Positions 38,441 through 50,725 of a stretch of 64,000 nt of DNA are shown here, piece after piece. The notes beneath the pieces are model-generated. The model had not been told where the DNA came from, searched no databases, and saw only the letters and a program-made list of their open reading frames with translations. Origin of the DNA: Raja brachyura (Eukaryota); contig OY740785.1 in the NCBI GenBank assembly GCA_963514005.1, positions 67,828,001-67,892,000 on the forward strand, read 5' to 3'. The position numbers and the translations under genes are program-made. The stretch's first letter is position 1; every line of letters begins with the position of its first letter.

Positions 38441-39338
38441 TGCTTGGTGTCTATTTAACAATTGATTGATTCCCCCTGTACCTAACTGTGTCAGTGTACA
38501 GTCAAGTTCTAGAGTTGAGGTTCTGTTTTGTATCCAGAATAAATCTGGGGCTTAATATCAGCAGATTCTTTCATAATTGACCAGCTGGTTTATTTTCCAG
38601 TATACTTTGCTGTTGCTTTTGTAACTGATTTTTTGCATCTATTGTTTGCATCTGTTGTTTTTGGGAGAATCTGTTATCTATATTCAGCCTTAAATATGTC
38701 ACTGCCATTCCAATGAAAATCATACTGGTCCTGATATCCTGAATTGATTCCAGTGTCCTTACATTGATATCAATGCTCGGTTTACACTAATACTTTAATG
38801 CAAGCTATCAAATAATTTTTTTTGCACTTTCCTTTGTTATCATTTTGCAATGTTAATCCTCTACCTTCATCTCAGCAGCTTATGATGTACTCAAATGATC
38901 AAATAGTTTATTTGCCTTCTATTTAAAACCTTTTGTTCATACAACAAAAATAAGTGTTCGATCAGTTTTTTTCCCTAACAACACAATCTTTCACTGCTTA
39001 TTCATGAAAAAGACTGACTACGACTCTCTTGGTGCTTCTACTAGCTCTGAGAAACTGTTGTCAGAGCTACATCATTCCATGGCTTTCCTCTCTGTTGCTT
39101 TTCTCCATTTCCTGTAATCTCCTTTCACATAGAGAAAATTATTAGGTGACTTTATTAATTTATAATTAGGTTTATTATGAAGAGGAATTATTCATGTTAG
39201 ATGAGTGGTATACGAAGATGCTCAATTTAAAAATTAAGAAAATGTAAAGTAGTACCATTTATGTTCATAAACGATCGCTGGTTCATATATTTATTGGAAA
39301 CAATGGATTCAAATCCACTTTTAACTTTGCTTTTTCAG

Positions 39339-39453
39339 GTCGTAAAACTGGCAAAGGTTGCTATCTTTACCAGCCAGGTGTAAGGGCCAAAAATGTGAAT
39401 CCAGGTGCTAAGGAAATAATGGAACGTTTCAAACTCCCATCAAACCCTGAAAC
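39339..39453 (+). CDS. HADHA: HADHA exon 18 equivalent
   Basis: 115 nt; GRKTGKGCYLYQPGVRAKNVNPGAKEIMERFKLPSNPE. Confidence 0.95.
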
Positions 39454-39499
39454 GTAAGTAAAATGCAACATATTTTATGAATCCTTCAAATATATTAAA

Positions 39500-40860
39500 G
39501 ACACCTCACACACCCTTCAACTCTTCAATTCCTAGACTTCCATCGCCTTATCTTTATCATGGATGTCCAGTCCCGTTACACCTCCGTCCCCCACCAGGAC
39601 TCGATGCCCTTGAGTTCTTCCTTGAACAGAGATCCAATCAGTTTCCCTCTACTAACACTCTCCTCCACCTAGCGGAACTTGTCCTCACACTTTTGACTCC
39701 TCTCTTTAATATAGGCAGTACCTCCTCTTTGGTATAGTCATGGGCACTCACATGAGCCCCAGTTCTGCCTCCCTTTTTGTTTGTTACATCAAACAGTTTA
39801 GTATTCATTATTCTCCTTGTTCCAAATGTATATTGGCACCATCCCCAACTCATATATCAATGACTGCATCGGGGTTGCCTCCTGCACCCTGACAGACTCG
39901 TTGATTAATTAATTTTACCACTGACTTCTACCCTGCCCTCACATTCACTTATTCCATCTCGGACATCCTTTCTTGATCTCTCTGTCTCCATCACGTGGAC
40001 AGAGTATTGACTGAAGATAGACACAAAATGCTGGAGTAACTCAGTGGGACAGGTAGCATCTCTGGAAAGAAGGAATGGTTGGCGTATTGGGTCGAGACCC
40101 TTCTTCAAACTGAGAGTCAGGGTAGAGGAAAACACATAGATAACAAAGGGTAAGGTGTGAAAATGAGACATCAAGTTGGGAGTAAGGGATAGAGTCCTTG
40201 CAGGAGGCAAGGTGGGAAGAGGTGTAGGCTAGATCGCTGTTGTAGTCAGAAGGTTTATAATAGATGTTAGTCGATAGTCTATCTCCTGTGGTGGAGACGG
40301 TGAGATCAAGAAATCGGTGGGCGATGATCCAAGTGAATTTAAGTGCAGGATGAGAATTAGTAGTGATGTTTACTACAAATCCACCGACTTCCAGTTATCT
40401 GGACTACACTTCTTCCCACCCTGCCTCTTACAAAAAAAGTTCTCCTGTACTTTCTCCATCCCCATCACATCTGCTCCGAAGATGAGGCTTTCCATTCGAG
40501 AACATCCCCTTTCTTCAGTAAAGATGGTTTTCCCACAATGCCACAAATGGATCCCACACCCGTCTCCTCTAGTTCTGCTCTCAGTTCCATCCTCCGAGAC
40601 TGAACAAGGATAGAGTTCCTCTGGTCCTTACCTTTCACCCCACCTGCCTTTGCATCCAATGAATAATTCTCTGACATTTCCGGCATCTTCAACATGACGC
40701 CACCACCAGTAACATCTTCCCAACCCCTAAACTGTTCTGCCTTCTGCAGAGCATGCTCCCTCTGCAACTCCTTGGTTCGCTCATTCCTTCCCACTCAAAA
40801 CATCCCCTCCCCAAGTACTTTCCCCAATAATCGTAGGAGATGTAATTTGTCCCTCTACCT
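39500..40860 (+). mobile_element. Penelope-like RT remnant interrupted by an antisense Penelope-like fragment (40014-40365)
   Basis: Remnants LLHLAELVLTL, GIVMGTHMSPSSASLF and HINDCIGVA (YIDD-like); the insert carries the common terminal repeat. Confidence 0.7.
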
Positions 40861-41062
40861 TTTCCCTCTCATTATATTTCAATCCTATTTTGTGGGTTTC
40901 TAAATTTTTCCCCATCTTGGGGTCTGCCTCTAATTCTGGAAATATTATATATTTTCTCTCAATTTGGTATTGTCCTTAATTTCATCAGTTCGCATCAGAG
41001 GAATCATCCTTATAGGGTCTTTATTTTGCAAAGAAGTGTACTAATTTTGTTTTTCACCATAG

Positions 41063-41208
41063 TTCCACAGATGAAGATATTCAATTGCGTTTGGTGTCGA
41101 GATTTGTGAATGAGGCAGTAATGTGCCTTCAAGAAGAAATATTAAGTAATCCAATTGAAGGAGATATTGGAGCTGTTTTTGGCCTGGGGTTCCCACCGCG
41201 CCTTGGAG
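41063..41208 (+). CDS. HADHA: HADHA exon 19 equivalent
   Basis: 146 nt; [48 protein letters not shown]. Confidence 0.95.
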
Positions 41209-42236
41209 GTAAAGTTATTATTTTTCTTAAATCAGACTTTTCTGGGGTAGTGTCATTTTGAAAAAAAGAATGCTGGCAATGCGTGAGGTCTGGACAACTT
41301 TGTTTTCAACTGCTCGTCAAATATTTTATTTGTCATTTCAAAATATTTATTGATTACTTTAGATTCAGATTCAGATTAGATTCAGCAAATTCATTTTGGT
41401 TGATATGCAAACTGTTTGATCTTTAGATTTTTTTTTCCAAATGCAAAATTTTACTTAATGTTTAAAAATATTGTAGGCAAATACTGTTGGAAATAAATTT
41501 TAATAAATCATTGCATCAAAATTGGAATCTAAACATCAATTCATAATAACATGATTTGTATTGACCATTCCCAATTTGAATAGATGATGCCATAGAATTG
41601 TATATAATTCTATTGGAGTGGAAGAAACAATGTGACAGCTATGGGGAAAAAACTCAGCTACTACAAAAGACAAATAATAGGACTCGTCTAAATGCAGTCA
41701 CATCTGCAATTAACGTTTTGTTTTAAAGAAGAAAATTAATGTTGGTTTTAACATGCCAATTTTAACCTGACGAGTTTCCCTGGGGGAGCTTCCCCACAAC
41801 TCATAATTATCTGCCCTGCCAAACTACACAATTTAAGGCAAGGGGTCTGCCTGTGAATCTGAACCAGTGAGAAAGACACCATCCCTCTCCTCTTCCTCTC
41901 TCTCAACTGGCTGCTTGGTCGTCTTCTGTAAAACAAATATCCAATTCAGTTAAAATCATTATAGTGTAAACTTGGTTGTGAGTAAAACTAAACTCTTTTA
42001 TGATGGACAAAAGGAAATCAGGGATCCACAAGATGAGGAATGGTAGATTTGAGGGTTATAAACTTGGTAAGAGTTTTAATCTATTTTTGTAAGTAAAATT
42101 AATTTCATTGGAAGTTCATGACTGATGCATAATAAATCATCATTTATTCTATTGAATAATAATAGCATAAAATTAATTATCAGCCCTGATATTATTCATA
42201 ATGCAATTAATTGTTATGGAATTTCATTCTCTTTAG

Positions 42237-42382
42237 GACCTTTCAAATTTTTAGATTCCTATGGAGCAAGCAAACTGGTTGACAAGCTGTTAAAATATGA
42301 AAATGTTTATGGTGCTGAGTTCACACCTTGCCAGATGCTGCTGGACTATGCCAAGGACGAAAGCAAGAAATTCCGTCACTAA
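42237..42382 (+). CDS. HADHA: HADHA last coding exon (exon 20 equivalent) to TAA stop
   Basis: [48 protein letters not shown]; the 17 exons sum to 2112 nt in one open frame. Confidence 0.96.
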
Positions 42383-42710
42383 AAGAAGTTTCTACTTTTA
42401 TTTACATAACAAAATTAAATCATTAAACATGTACATAATTGCTGAATGTGACAGCTCTCAAAACGTTGCAATTAGGCTTCTCTTGTATACATGATCTAGT
42501 TTTATCTGAACTATTGATTTCTTTCATATTAAATGACGTGCAGTCTAAACTCGTGGATGTTTCAGTCAGTTTTGATTAGTGCCTTCAATCACAATTTATT
42601 AGGTATTATTTCTACATATACACTGCTGTTCAATTTTGTACTTAATTTAAAATGTTTTTCTGTGGAGCTAGGTACATTCATAACAGATTTTACCAACTTT
42701 TTAAGGTAGC

Positions 42711-42716
42711 AATAAA
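42711..42716 (+). terminator. Probable HADHA polyadenylation signal
   Basis: First AATAAA about 330 nt after the stop, followed by TGTTTT-containing downstream sequence. Confidence 0.6.
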
Positions 42717-43178
42717 GCCATTCCAATGCAATGTATTAACAATCTAAAAAAAAACACAAATGTTTTAATAATCTTTAAAAAAAACACAAATGTTTTGCCC
42801 CTTGGTAGCTAAATTGGCATAGTCATGTTTAGAAGTAACATTTTGAGTTGGTTATCTCAGTTGAAGATAATCCTCTTCTCTTACTAACCAGTAATAACAG
42901 TAATATTCCAATTTAGCAAATACCATTTGAATTTAAATAAGAATGTTTAATTTATATTGAGCAGACAAGCTGCAAAAAGCTTATCCATTTATTATTTTGA
43001 GGTGAAGTAGATATGGCAAGATCTGATCCTATCATTGAATTAAAAACATTCCAAACCCAAAACGGTGGTTTAGCCTAATTATAAACCCCAGTTTTACCAT
43101 GATTACAACTTTAAGAGAAAATGGCATTAATTAACATTCCCACCTTTCCTGGAAAATGTGTACTGTTATTAGTTATTG

Positions 43179-45203
43179 TGTGGCGTCAGCCTAAACACGG
43201 GCCGCTTATGCTCGAACCCTCGTCAGGAGATATGAGGGCGGGCACGTGATGTCTCACCTTGAGACCTTAAAGGAGTCAACAGGTAGCTGAGCCCGAGAGT
43301 ACAACCTCGCTCAATTACAGCAACATTGTAATATGGTTAGCGCACCAACTTAACGCATCACCACTGAATAAACAACAGTTTGAACTGGCCTGAAGTCTCA
43401 CCCTTATTCACCACGTTTGGTGCCCCCCGACTGTTCGAATTAAAATTTGGACTCACCTGAAGCATGCAGCCTCGGGAGACCTGATGTCTGCAGCCGGCTG
43501 CCCAGCCCTGCAGAACTATGTTGTCGCCAACCCGGCCCTGCAGTGAGGTATGCTGCCTCTTCCCCACCAGCTGCTGCTCACTGGAGCTGAGAAGCCGCGG
43601 CTGCCGCCGCTCTCTCACTCCCGGCAACGGGGCAGGCCCCGCTTCTAAGCCCCACACCGCTCCAGGCCTTGTGTGATGGCCGCCGAGCTCCTCCGCATGA
43701 CCTGCCCGGAGCCGACCAGCGGAGTGGAGAGGTTATACCAGCTGCCGCTGCCCCACCAGCTGCTGCAGGAGCTGTGAGTGTAGCAGCCTCCTGCCCACAG
43801 CAAGGCCAACACACGCCTGACGGCTCTGGGAGCAGAAAGAGAGCACCTGCCGCTCTCCCGCTCCCGACAACGGACCCGGGCCTGGCCTCGCACCACGAAC
43901 AAGGCTCCAGGCCCCGCACTGCACCGGGCCCTACAGCTCCGGGCCCTGCACCGGCCACACCTCACCCGCACCAGGCCTCACCGCTCCAGACCCGGCACCG
44001 CAACAGGCCTCACCGCGGCTCCGCGCCATGCCCTGCACCACGCCTCGCCCCTCCGGCTGCTGCCCAGGGCCTAGCCACCCGATGGGGCGGGCTTACCTGG
44101 GGCGCCTGCCAAAGAAGCCCTTCTGTTCCTCACCGGTCTTGAATCACTGGACCAGTCCGCTTCAGCTGGCCGGCAAAATGGCCGCTTCTGCTGGCCGGCA
44201 AAATGGCCGCTTCAGCTGGCCAGCAAAATGTCCGCTGCAGCCTCCTGAACAAGCTGCCGCATGACTACAAAAATAGCCGCCGCAGCCGGCTGGAAGAGAA
44301 ACTCGGACTTACCGTGCACAGCGCCACCTTCCGGCCGGATGCCGTCACTACAGCCCGACCACCGGCAACAGCGCCACCGTCAGAGCGGCTGCTTTCACTG
44401 CAGCCTCACCGCCGTCCACAGCGCCACATCCTGACCGGATGCTATCACTGCAGCCTCACCGCCGTCCACAGCGCCACCTCCTGACCGGATGCAGTTCCTG
44501 CAGCCTGACCACTGGCAACAGCGCCTCATTCAGGCCAGAGGCTGTCACTGCAACACTGGACAATTTGAACTTTGGACACTGATTGCACTGTAATTTGTCT
44601 TTTTACTGTTAATTTTGTTTTCACTGCATTTCCACGCCCGGTTCAGAAATTAGTTTATTTATTTTATTTTGTTTGTTTCCCCTCATTGTTGCTGTGGGCC
44701 GTATTTCACAGGACACTCTCCCTTAGCTTGTCGAGGAGATGCAATCGTGTCTCTTCCATCCGGCGGCTTCTGCATCGGTCTCCTCGCACCCCTCGGTACC
44801 TCAGGATCGCCCACGCAGAGCGTCACTGCGCCCATTGAGCCCTCCGTCCCGACCCACGCCCGGGATGTCCCAGACCCACATGCAGGAGCCGCCCTCGACG
44901 ATGCTATTCCTTCCTCCGGTTCTGGGGGGGTCCTGTGGCGTCAGCCTAAACACGGGCCCTCGTCAGACATACAAGGGCGGGCACGTGACATCATGGGCTA
45001 GGGAGTGTCCTGGTACTTAAGGTCTCTCACCTCGAGACCTTAAAGGAGTCAACAGGTAGCTGAGCCCGAGAGTATAACCTCGCTCAGCTACAGCAACATT
45101 GTAATATGGTTAGCGCACCAACTTAACGTGTCACCACTGAATAAACAACACTTTGAACCGGCCCGACGTCTCACCTTTATTCACCACATTTGGTGCCGCT
45201 ACA
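43179..45203 (+). mobile_element. Non-autonomous LTR retrotransposon (Gypsy-derived, TRIM/LARD-like)
   Basis: LTRs 43179-~43424 and 44934-45203 (TGTGGCG...CGCTACA); ATTG 4-bp TSD; PBS-like TGGTGCCCCCCGAC; PPT TCTGGGGGGG; no recognisable pol ORF. Confidence 0.88.
44150..44550 (+). repeat. Internal tandem repeats of the LTR element
   Basis: ~25-bp CTGGCCGGCAAAATGGCCGCTTC units (3-4 copies), then ~50-bp CACAGCGCCACCTCCTGACCGGATGC... units. Confidence 0.75.
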
Positions 45204-45534
45204 ATTGTCACGAATGTTGAGGTATACTGATTTTTTTCATGTTTACATGCTACCTAATTAAATTACATCATACTATACACGAGCACGATCACACTGTACA
45301 CCAGTTCAATAGGGAGTGCAAAGAGGAAAATACCAGAGTGCAGAATATAGTTTTACAGCATTGTAGCTTTTCAGAGAAAAAGCCCAGTGTCTGCAATGAA
45401 GACAAGTTGGAAGATCAGACTGACCACTAACTTATGGGAAGACTGTCAGTTGTCTAATAAGGGGAAGAAAGTCTTGCTGGCAGAATGTACTCTCCTGTTG
45501 CACTGGGACTTCTCTAGGACCAATATGTCTCTGA

Positions 45535-46070
45535 GTGTCTCCGAGCTTCCTCCAGTGCTTCTACTCTGCAGCTGTGGAAAGCATCTTGTCCGGAAACATT
45601 ACAATTTGGTTTGGGAATTGCTCTGCCCAGGACAAGAAGGCTCTGCAGGAAGTAGTGCGTTCAGCCGAACGCACTATGGGAACTTCTCTCGACCCTCTGC
45701 AGGAACTATACATCAGGAGGTGCAACTCCAGAGCCAATAAGATAATGGGAGACCCCTTCCACCCCTGCAACGGACTGTTCCAGCTCTTACGGTCAGGCAA
45801 ACGCCTCCGTTGCCATGCTGTGAGAACGGAAAGGATGAGAAGGAGTTTCTTCCCAGAGGCCATTTGGACTGTAAACTCCTATCTCACCAGGGACTAACTC
45901 TACTAACTTACTGTACCACAATACCGCCCACAATATTTAATATGAAAAAGAACATGTGATTCGGTTTGTAGTTTGTTGGTTGGTTGTTTGTTTTTTGCAC
46001 AAAGTCCGCAGGCACTGCCACTTTTCATTTCACTGCACATCCCATATGTGTATGTGACGAATAAACACCT
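45535..46070 (+). mobile_element. Rex1/Babar LINE 3' fragment
   Basis: FYSAAVESILSGNITIWFGNCSAQDKKALQEVVRSAERTMG...SFFPEAI; AATAAA near 46060. Confidence 0.85.
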
Positions 46071-46087
46071 CCCATTGTCTCTTCTAA

Positions 46088-46580
46088 AGTCAAGTCAAGA
46101 GTCAAGAGAGTTTGTCATGTGTCCCAGATTCAGAATATAGAAGACATGAATACAGAACAGATCAGTGTGTCCATATACCATTGTATAAATATATACACAC
46201 ATGAATAAATAAAACAGATAAAGTGCAACTAAACTGATAATGGGCTATTAATGTTCAGGGTTTTGTTTGAGTTGAGTTCAATAGCCTGATGGCTGTGGGG
46301 AAGTAACTATTTCTGAACCTGGACGTTGCAGTCTTCAGGCTCCTGCACCTTCTACCTGAAGGTAGCGGGGAGATGAGTGTGTGGCCAGGATGATGTGCGT
46401 CCTTGTTGATGCTGCCAGCCTTTTTGAGGCAGCGACAGCGATAGATCCCCTCAATGGTAGGGAGGTCAGAGCCGATGATGGACTGGGCAGTGTTTACTAC
46501 TGTTTGTAGTCTTTTTCGCTCCTGGTCACTCAAGTTGCCGAACCAAGCCACGATGCAACCAGTCAGCATGCGCTCTACTG
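46088..46580 (-). mobile_element. Rex1/Babar LINE 3' fragment, tail-to-tail with the previous one
   Basis: MLTGCIVAWFGNLSDQERKRLQTVVNTAQSIIG...SYFPTAIRLLN; (CTTGA)n tail. Confidence 0.85.
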
Positions 46581-47044
46581 TAGAAGTAAACCATCTATTT
46601 CAAGTGCAAGTCAGACTGCTTTGTTACAAAGTCTGAGAAATACTTTTTTGACTCAAGGCCAACATTGCTAATTTCTGATTTTGAATTTTTTATGCTTTCC
46701 TCTTGTCTTTGATCTCCCAATGTCACACAACTTCCTTCCCGCACTTGCATGGAATTTTCTCCTGAACTGCTAAAGTTACTTTCAAAACTGCCATTCTTGA
46801 CTCTTCCCCCAAAAGCCCAACATTTGCAAATTACCATCCCACCTTGAACATATTGTCATTTCCCAAATCTACACATCTTTCATGTGACTATCTGTCTCCA
46901 GAATACTCTCCAGCTGTGAGAGGGATTAATTTGTTTCTACTCTCATGGCCATTATCTCTGTCACTATCCATTTTTCTGACTGACACATCTTTGCCCCCCT
47001 ATGATCTATCATGAGACCCTTACTCATTCACTTGCTATCCTTCA

Positions 47045-47635
47045 GCATGGAATATAGATGAGAAAGGGCCTTTCTGTCCACAATGTTTGTGCCAAGTCAA
47101 ACTAATCTCCTCTGCCTGCACGTGATCCATATCACTCTATTCCCTGCATATCCATCAGCCTATCTAAAAGCCACTTAAATACTACTCTCGTATCTGCCTC
47201 CACCACCACGACCTATGGCAGTGCCTTCCACTCTGTTAAAAAAAAAAATACTTGCCTCATGCATATTTTTTAAACTTTCCCACTCCAACATTAAAGCAAT
47301 GCCCTCAAGTCTTCAACCTTTACACCCTTGGAAAAAGATGCTGTATACCCTATCCATGCCTCTCATAATTTTATAAAATGTTATCAGTTCTCCCCTCCGT
47401 CTCTGATATGCAAGAGAAAACAATCCAAATTAGTCCAATCTCTCCTTATAGCTAATACCCTCTAATCCATGCAGCATTCTGGTAAACCTCTTCTGCACCC
47501 TCTCCAAAGCCTGCACATCCTTCCTGTCATGAGAAGACCTGAACTGCGCACAATACTCCAAATCAGCCTAATCAATGTACTATAAAGCTGCAACGTGACT
47601 TACTGACTGACCCCTGTGGCACACCACTCCATTTT
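47045..47635 (-). mobile_element. Older CR1/HER1 3' fragment
   Basis: - strand LEYCAQF and RVQKRFTRML remnants; 3' UTR shared with the SINE tails. Confidence 0.75.
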
Positions 47636-48318
47636 CAGGGAATGACAGACTTGGACCCCACTACCCTGCTGTACATCATTGCTGTTAAGGATGTTGTATT
47701 AACTGGAGACTATTCCACTTCTCATACTCCATCTGCCATTTCTACATTTGTATACTTTGACAACCTTTCTCACAGTTTACAACTCCACCAATTTAGGCAG
47801 TCTAAAGCGGAAGCCTGCAGGAGCGGGGATGCAGACCTCTACGGATAGGCTAAGTACAAGCTGAGAAGAGGAATCAGAGCTGCCAAAGAAAGGTACTCTG
47901 AGAAGTTGAGGAGCAAGTTCTCAGCTAGTGACTCTACTTCAGTTTGGAAGGGCTTGCAAAAAATCACCAGCTACAAGAGGAAAGCCCCCTGCTCTTTGGA
48001 CAATGGTCGGCTGACCAACGACCTGAATGAGTTCTACTGCAAGTTTGACAAGCAGAAACGTAACCCTGGTACCCCCTCCCCAACCAACACAGCCAGACCC
48101 CAGTCTGCAAAGACTTGATACTTCTACACCCACTCCTCATCAATCACTACTTCACACCTACATAAAGCAAGACTCCAGTCTGAAAAGACTGGACCCTTTC
48201 CCGCCCACCCCTCTCCAATCACCACTTAACATCCAATTACAGCCTGACTGCAAAAGATTGCGGCTACGTCCATTACCCACTCCCTCCGTGCTGCGCAACA
48301 TCACTTCTTCATAATTCA

Positions 48319-50725
48319 TCTATCTATCTATATACTTTTAAAACTCTGTGTGTGTATGTCTGCCGACCGACCGGGTGTGTGTCTTGTGGGTGTATGTCAC
48401 ATTCCATTTTTTTTTCAGATAGGATCTTTGGCCTTTGATTCCATGGTCTGCCAAAACCAGACCCTCAAACGCCGTGATTTTTTCCATTTTGCTAGAGATT
48501 ACGCTTTTACATTCACTAATGCACTCCTCATTACATTTAGACATTTTTACGTACACATTTTTAATACAACTCTTCCCCCCCCCCCCCCCAATATTTCAAA
48601 ATCTTAAAAAAAATGAAACTGCCCTCACCCAGAGAATGTTGGTGAACGTTCCATTGTGTGATGTCACAATGCCCAATGCTCACAGATGTCCAATCGGAAT
48701 GGATCTCATTTACATCTGCCTTTGCACCAGCCCCAGCCCCCCCTCCCCCGCCTGATGTTCCAGCACATTCCATTGTGTGATGTCACATTGTCATCCCTCA
48801 CAGGTGTCCAATTGGAATGGATCTCATTTACATCTGCCTTTTCACAAGCCGCAGCCCCGCCTCCCCATAGCCTGTGTCGAAGCGCATGATCACGTGTGTG
48901 AGAATAGAGAAAGAGGATTGGGGGTGATAGGGAGTGGGGAACAGATGGACTGCCCCAGCCCCTCCCCCTCCCTCTCTACCTCCCCACTCTTTCTCTCACC
49001 CCACCCCTCTCACCCTCCCTCCACACTCTTCCCCCTCCCTCCCATACCCCATCCCCTCCCCATCCCTCTCTCCCCACCCCCCTTCCCTCTCTCCCCCGCC
49101 TCTTCCCTCTCTCACCCTTCCCCCTACCCCTCTGTCCCTCTTCCACCACTCCCCCTACCCCCCTCCCCTCCCTCCTCTCCCACTCCATCCCCACTCTTCC
49201 ACTTCTCTCCCCCCTTCCCCCACCCCTCTCCCATCCCACCTCTCACCCTCCCCCACCCTCTCTCTCCCCTTCCTCCCTATCTCCCCCACCCCTTTCCCCT
49301 ACCCCTCTCCCTCTCCCACCACTACCCCCTCCCCTCCCTCTCTCCCACTTCCACCACTCCCATCTACACCTCTCCCCCTCCCTCTCTCCCACTCCCACCA
49401 CTTCCCCTATACCTCTCCCCCTCCCTCCCCACTCTTCCACTTCTCTCTCTCCATCCCCCATCCCCCATCTCTCCCCATCTCCCACCCCACCCCCACCCTC
49501 TCCCCCCTCCTACCTCCCCACTCTTCACCCTCCCTCCCCACTCCTCCCCCCCTCCTTACCACTCTCCCCCTCCCTCCACATTCTTCCCTCTCCCCCTCTC
49601 CCTACCCCTCTCCCCTTCCCTCCACACTCTTCCCCCTCTCTCTCCTCCCCCTTCTCCCTCCCCTCCCTCTCTCCCCCTCCCCACCCCACTCTCACCCCCT
49701 CCCTGAACCCTCTCACACCCTCTCCATCTCCCTCTCCTCACCCCTCTCCTTCCCTCCCACCCCTCTCTCCCCCATCCCTCTTCACTCTAATCTTCCCCAT
49801 CCCCTTCCTGTCTATCTTGCACCACTCCCTGTTACCCCTCCCCCTCACCCCCCACTCTTCCCCTCCCCCTCCCCACCTCTCTCCCTCTCTCACCCCCTCC
49901 TCTCTCACCCCCTCTCTCTCCCTCTCCTTTCTCTCTCTCTCCCTCCTCTCTCTCCCCTCCACTCTCTCTCCACCTCTCCCCTACCCCTCTTCCTCCACCT
50001 CTCCCCTCCCCCTCCCTTTCGTCCTCTCTTTTCCCCACTCCTCTCTTCTCACCTCCCCCTCGTCCCCTCTCCCCTCCCCTTTCCCCACCCCTCTCTACCC
50101 CTCACCCCCCCCTCTACCACACCGCCCCCCCTACTCTTCTCTCCTCCTTTACCCTCCCCGCTCTCCTCCCCTCCCCCATCATCCCAACTCTCTCCCTTCC
50201 CCCTCCCCTCTCCCTCCCCACTCTCTCTCAATCTCCCCCTCCCCACTCTCTCCCCATCTCCCCCTCCTCACTCTCTCCCCATCTCCCTCTTCCCTCCTCC
50301 CCACCCTCCCCCTTCCACCTTCCCTCTCCTCCCCTCCCCACTCTCTCCCCATCTCCCCGCCCCTTCCCCACTCTGTCCCCATCTACATCTCCCCTCCTCC
50401 TCACACTCCCCCCCCCTCACCCACCCTCCCATCCTCCCCTTCACCCCCCTCCCTCTGTCCCTTGCCCTTCTGTCTCTGCCCCTCTCTCTCTCTGTCTCTC
50501 CCCACTCTCTCTCTCTGACCTCACTCTCTAACCCCTCTCCCACTCTAGACGCGCCTGCGAGTTGGGGGCTATGCGTCAGTGGATAGGGAGATTATGGGGT
50601 AAAAGGAGCAAATTAATATATCAAGGGGGGTAGTTAGCGTGTGTGACGCCACATGCTGCCCCCCCCCACCCACCCCGCAACCGCACGTTGGGGGAACAGA
50701 CCCAATGGGTCTGCACTTGGTCTAG
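48319..50725 (+). mobile_element. Helitron-like element, tandem unit 1
   Basis: A|TC start; 3' hairpin CAGACCCAATGGGTCTG, then ACTTGGTCTAG. Confidence 0.8.
48955..50545. repeat. Polypyrimidine (C/T) low-complexity tract
   Basis: About 1.6 kb almost devoid of G on the + strand. Confidence 0.95.

Noticed and set aside
41063-41070. Alternative acceptor CAG at 41068-41070
   Set aside because: It would shift the frame by 8 nt; the upstream TAG gives the expected 146-nt exon.
42745-42797. Duplicated AAAAAAAACACAAATGTTTT after the HADHA poly(A) signal
   Set aside because: Small tandem duplication; at most a source of oligo-dT internal priming.
43358-45020. Cluster of Ala/Pro/Arg-rich ORFs
   Set aside because: High-GC interior of the LTR element; no gag, protease, RT or integrase core motifs.
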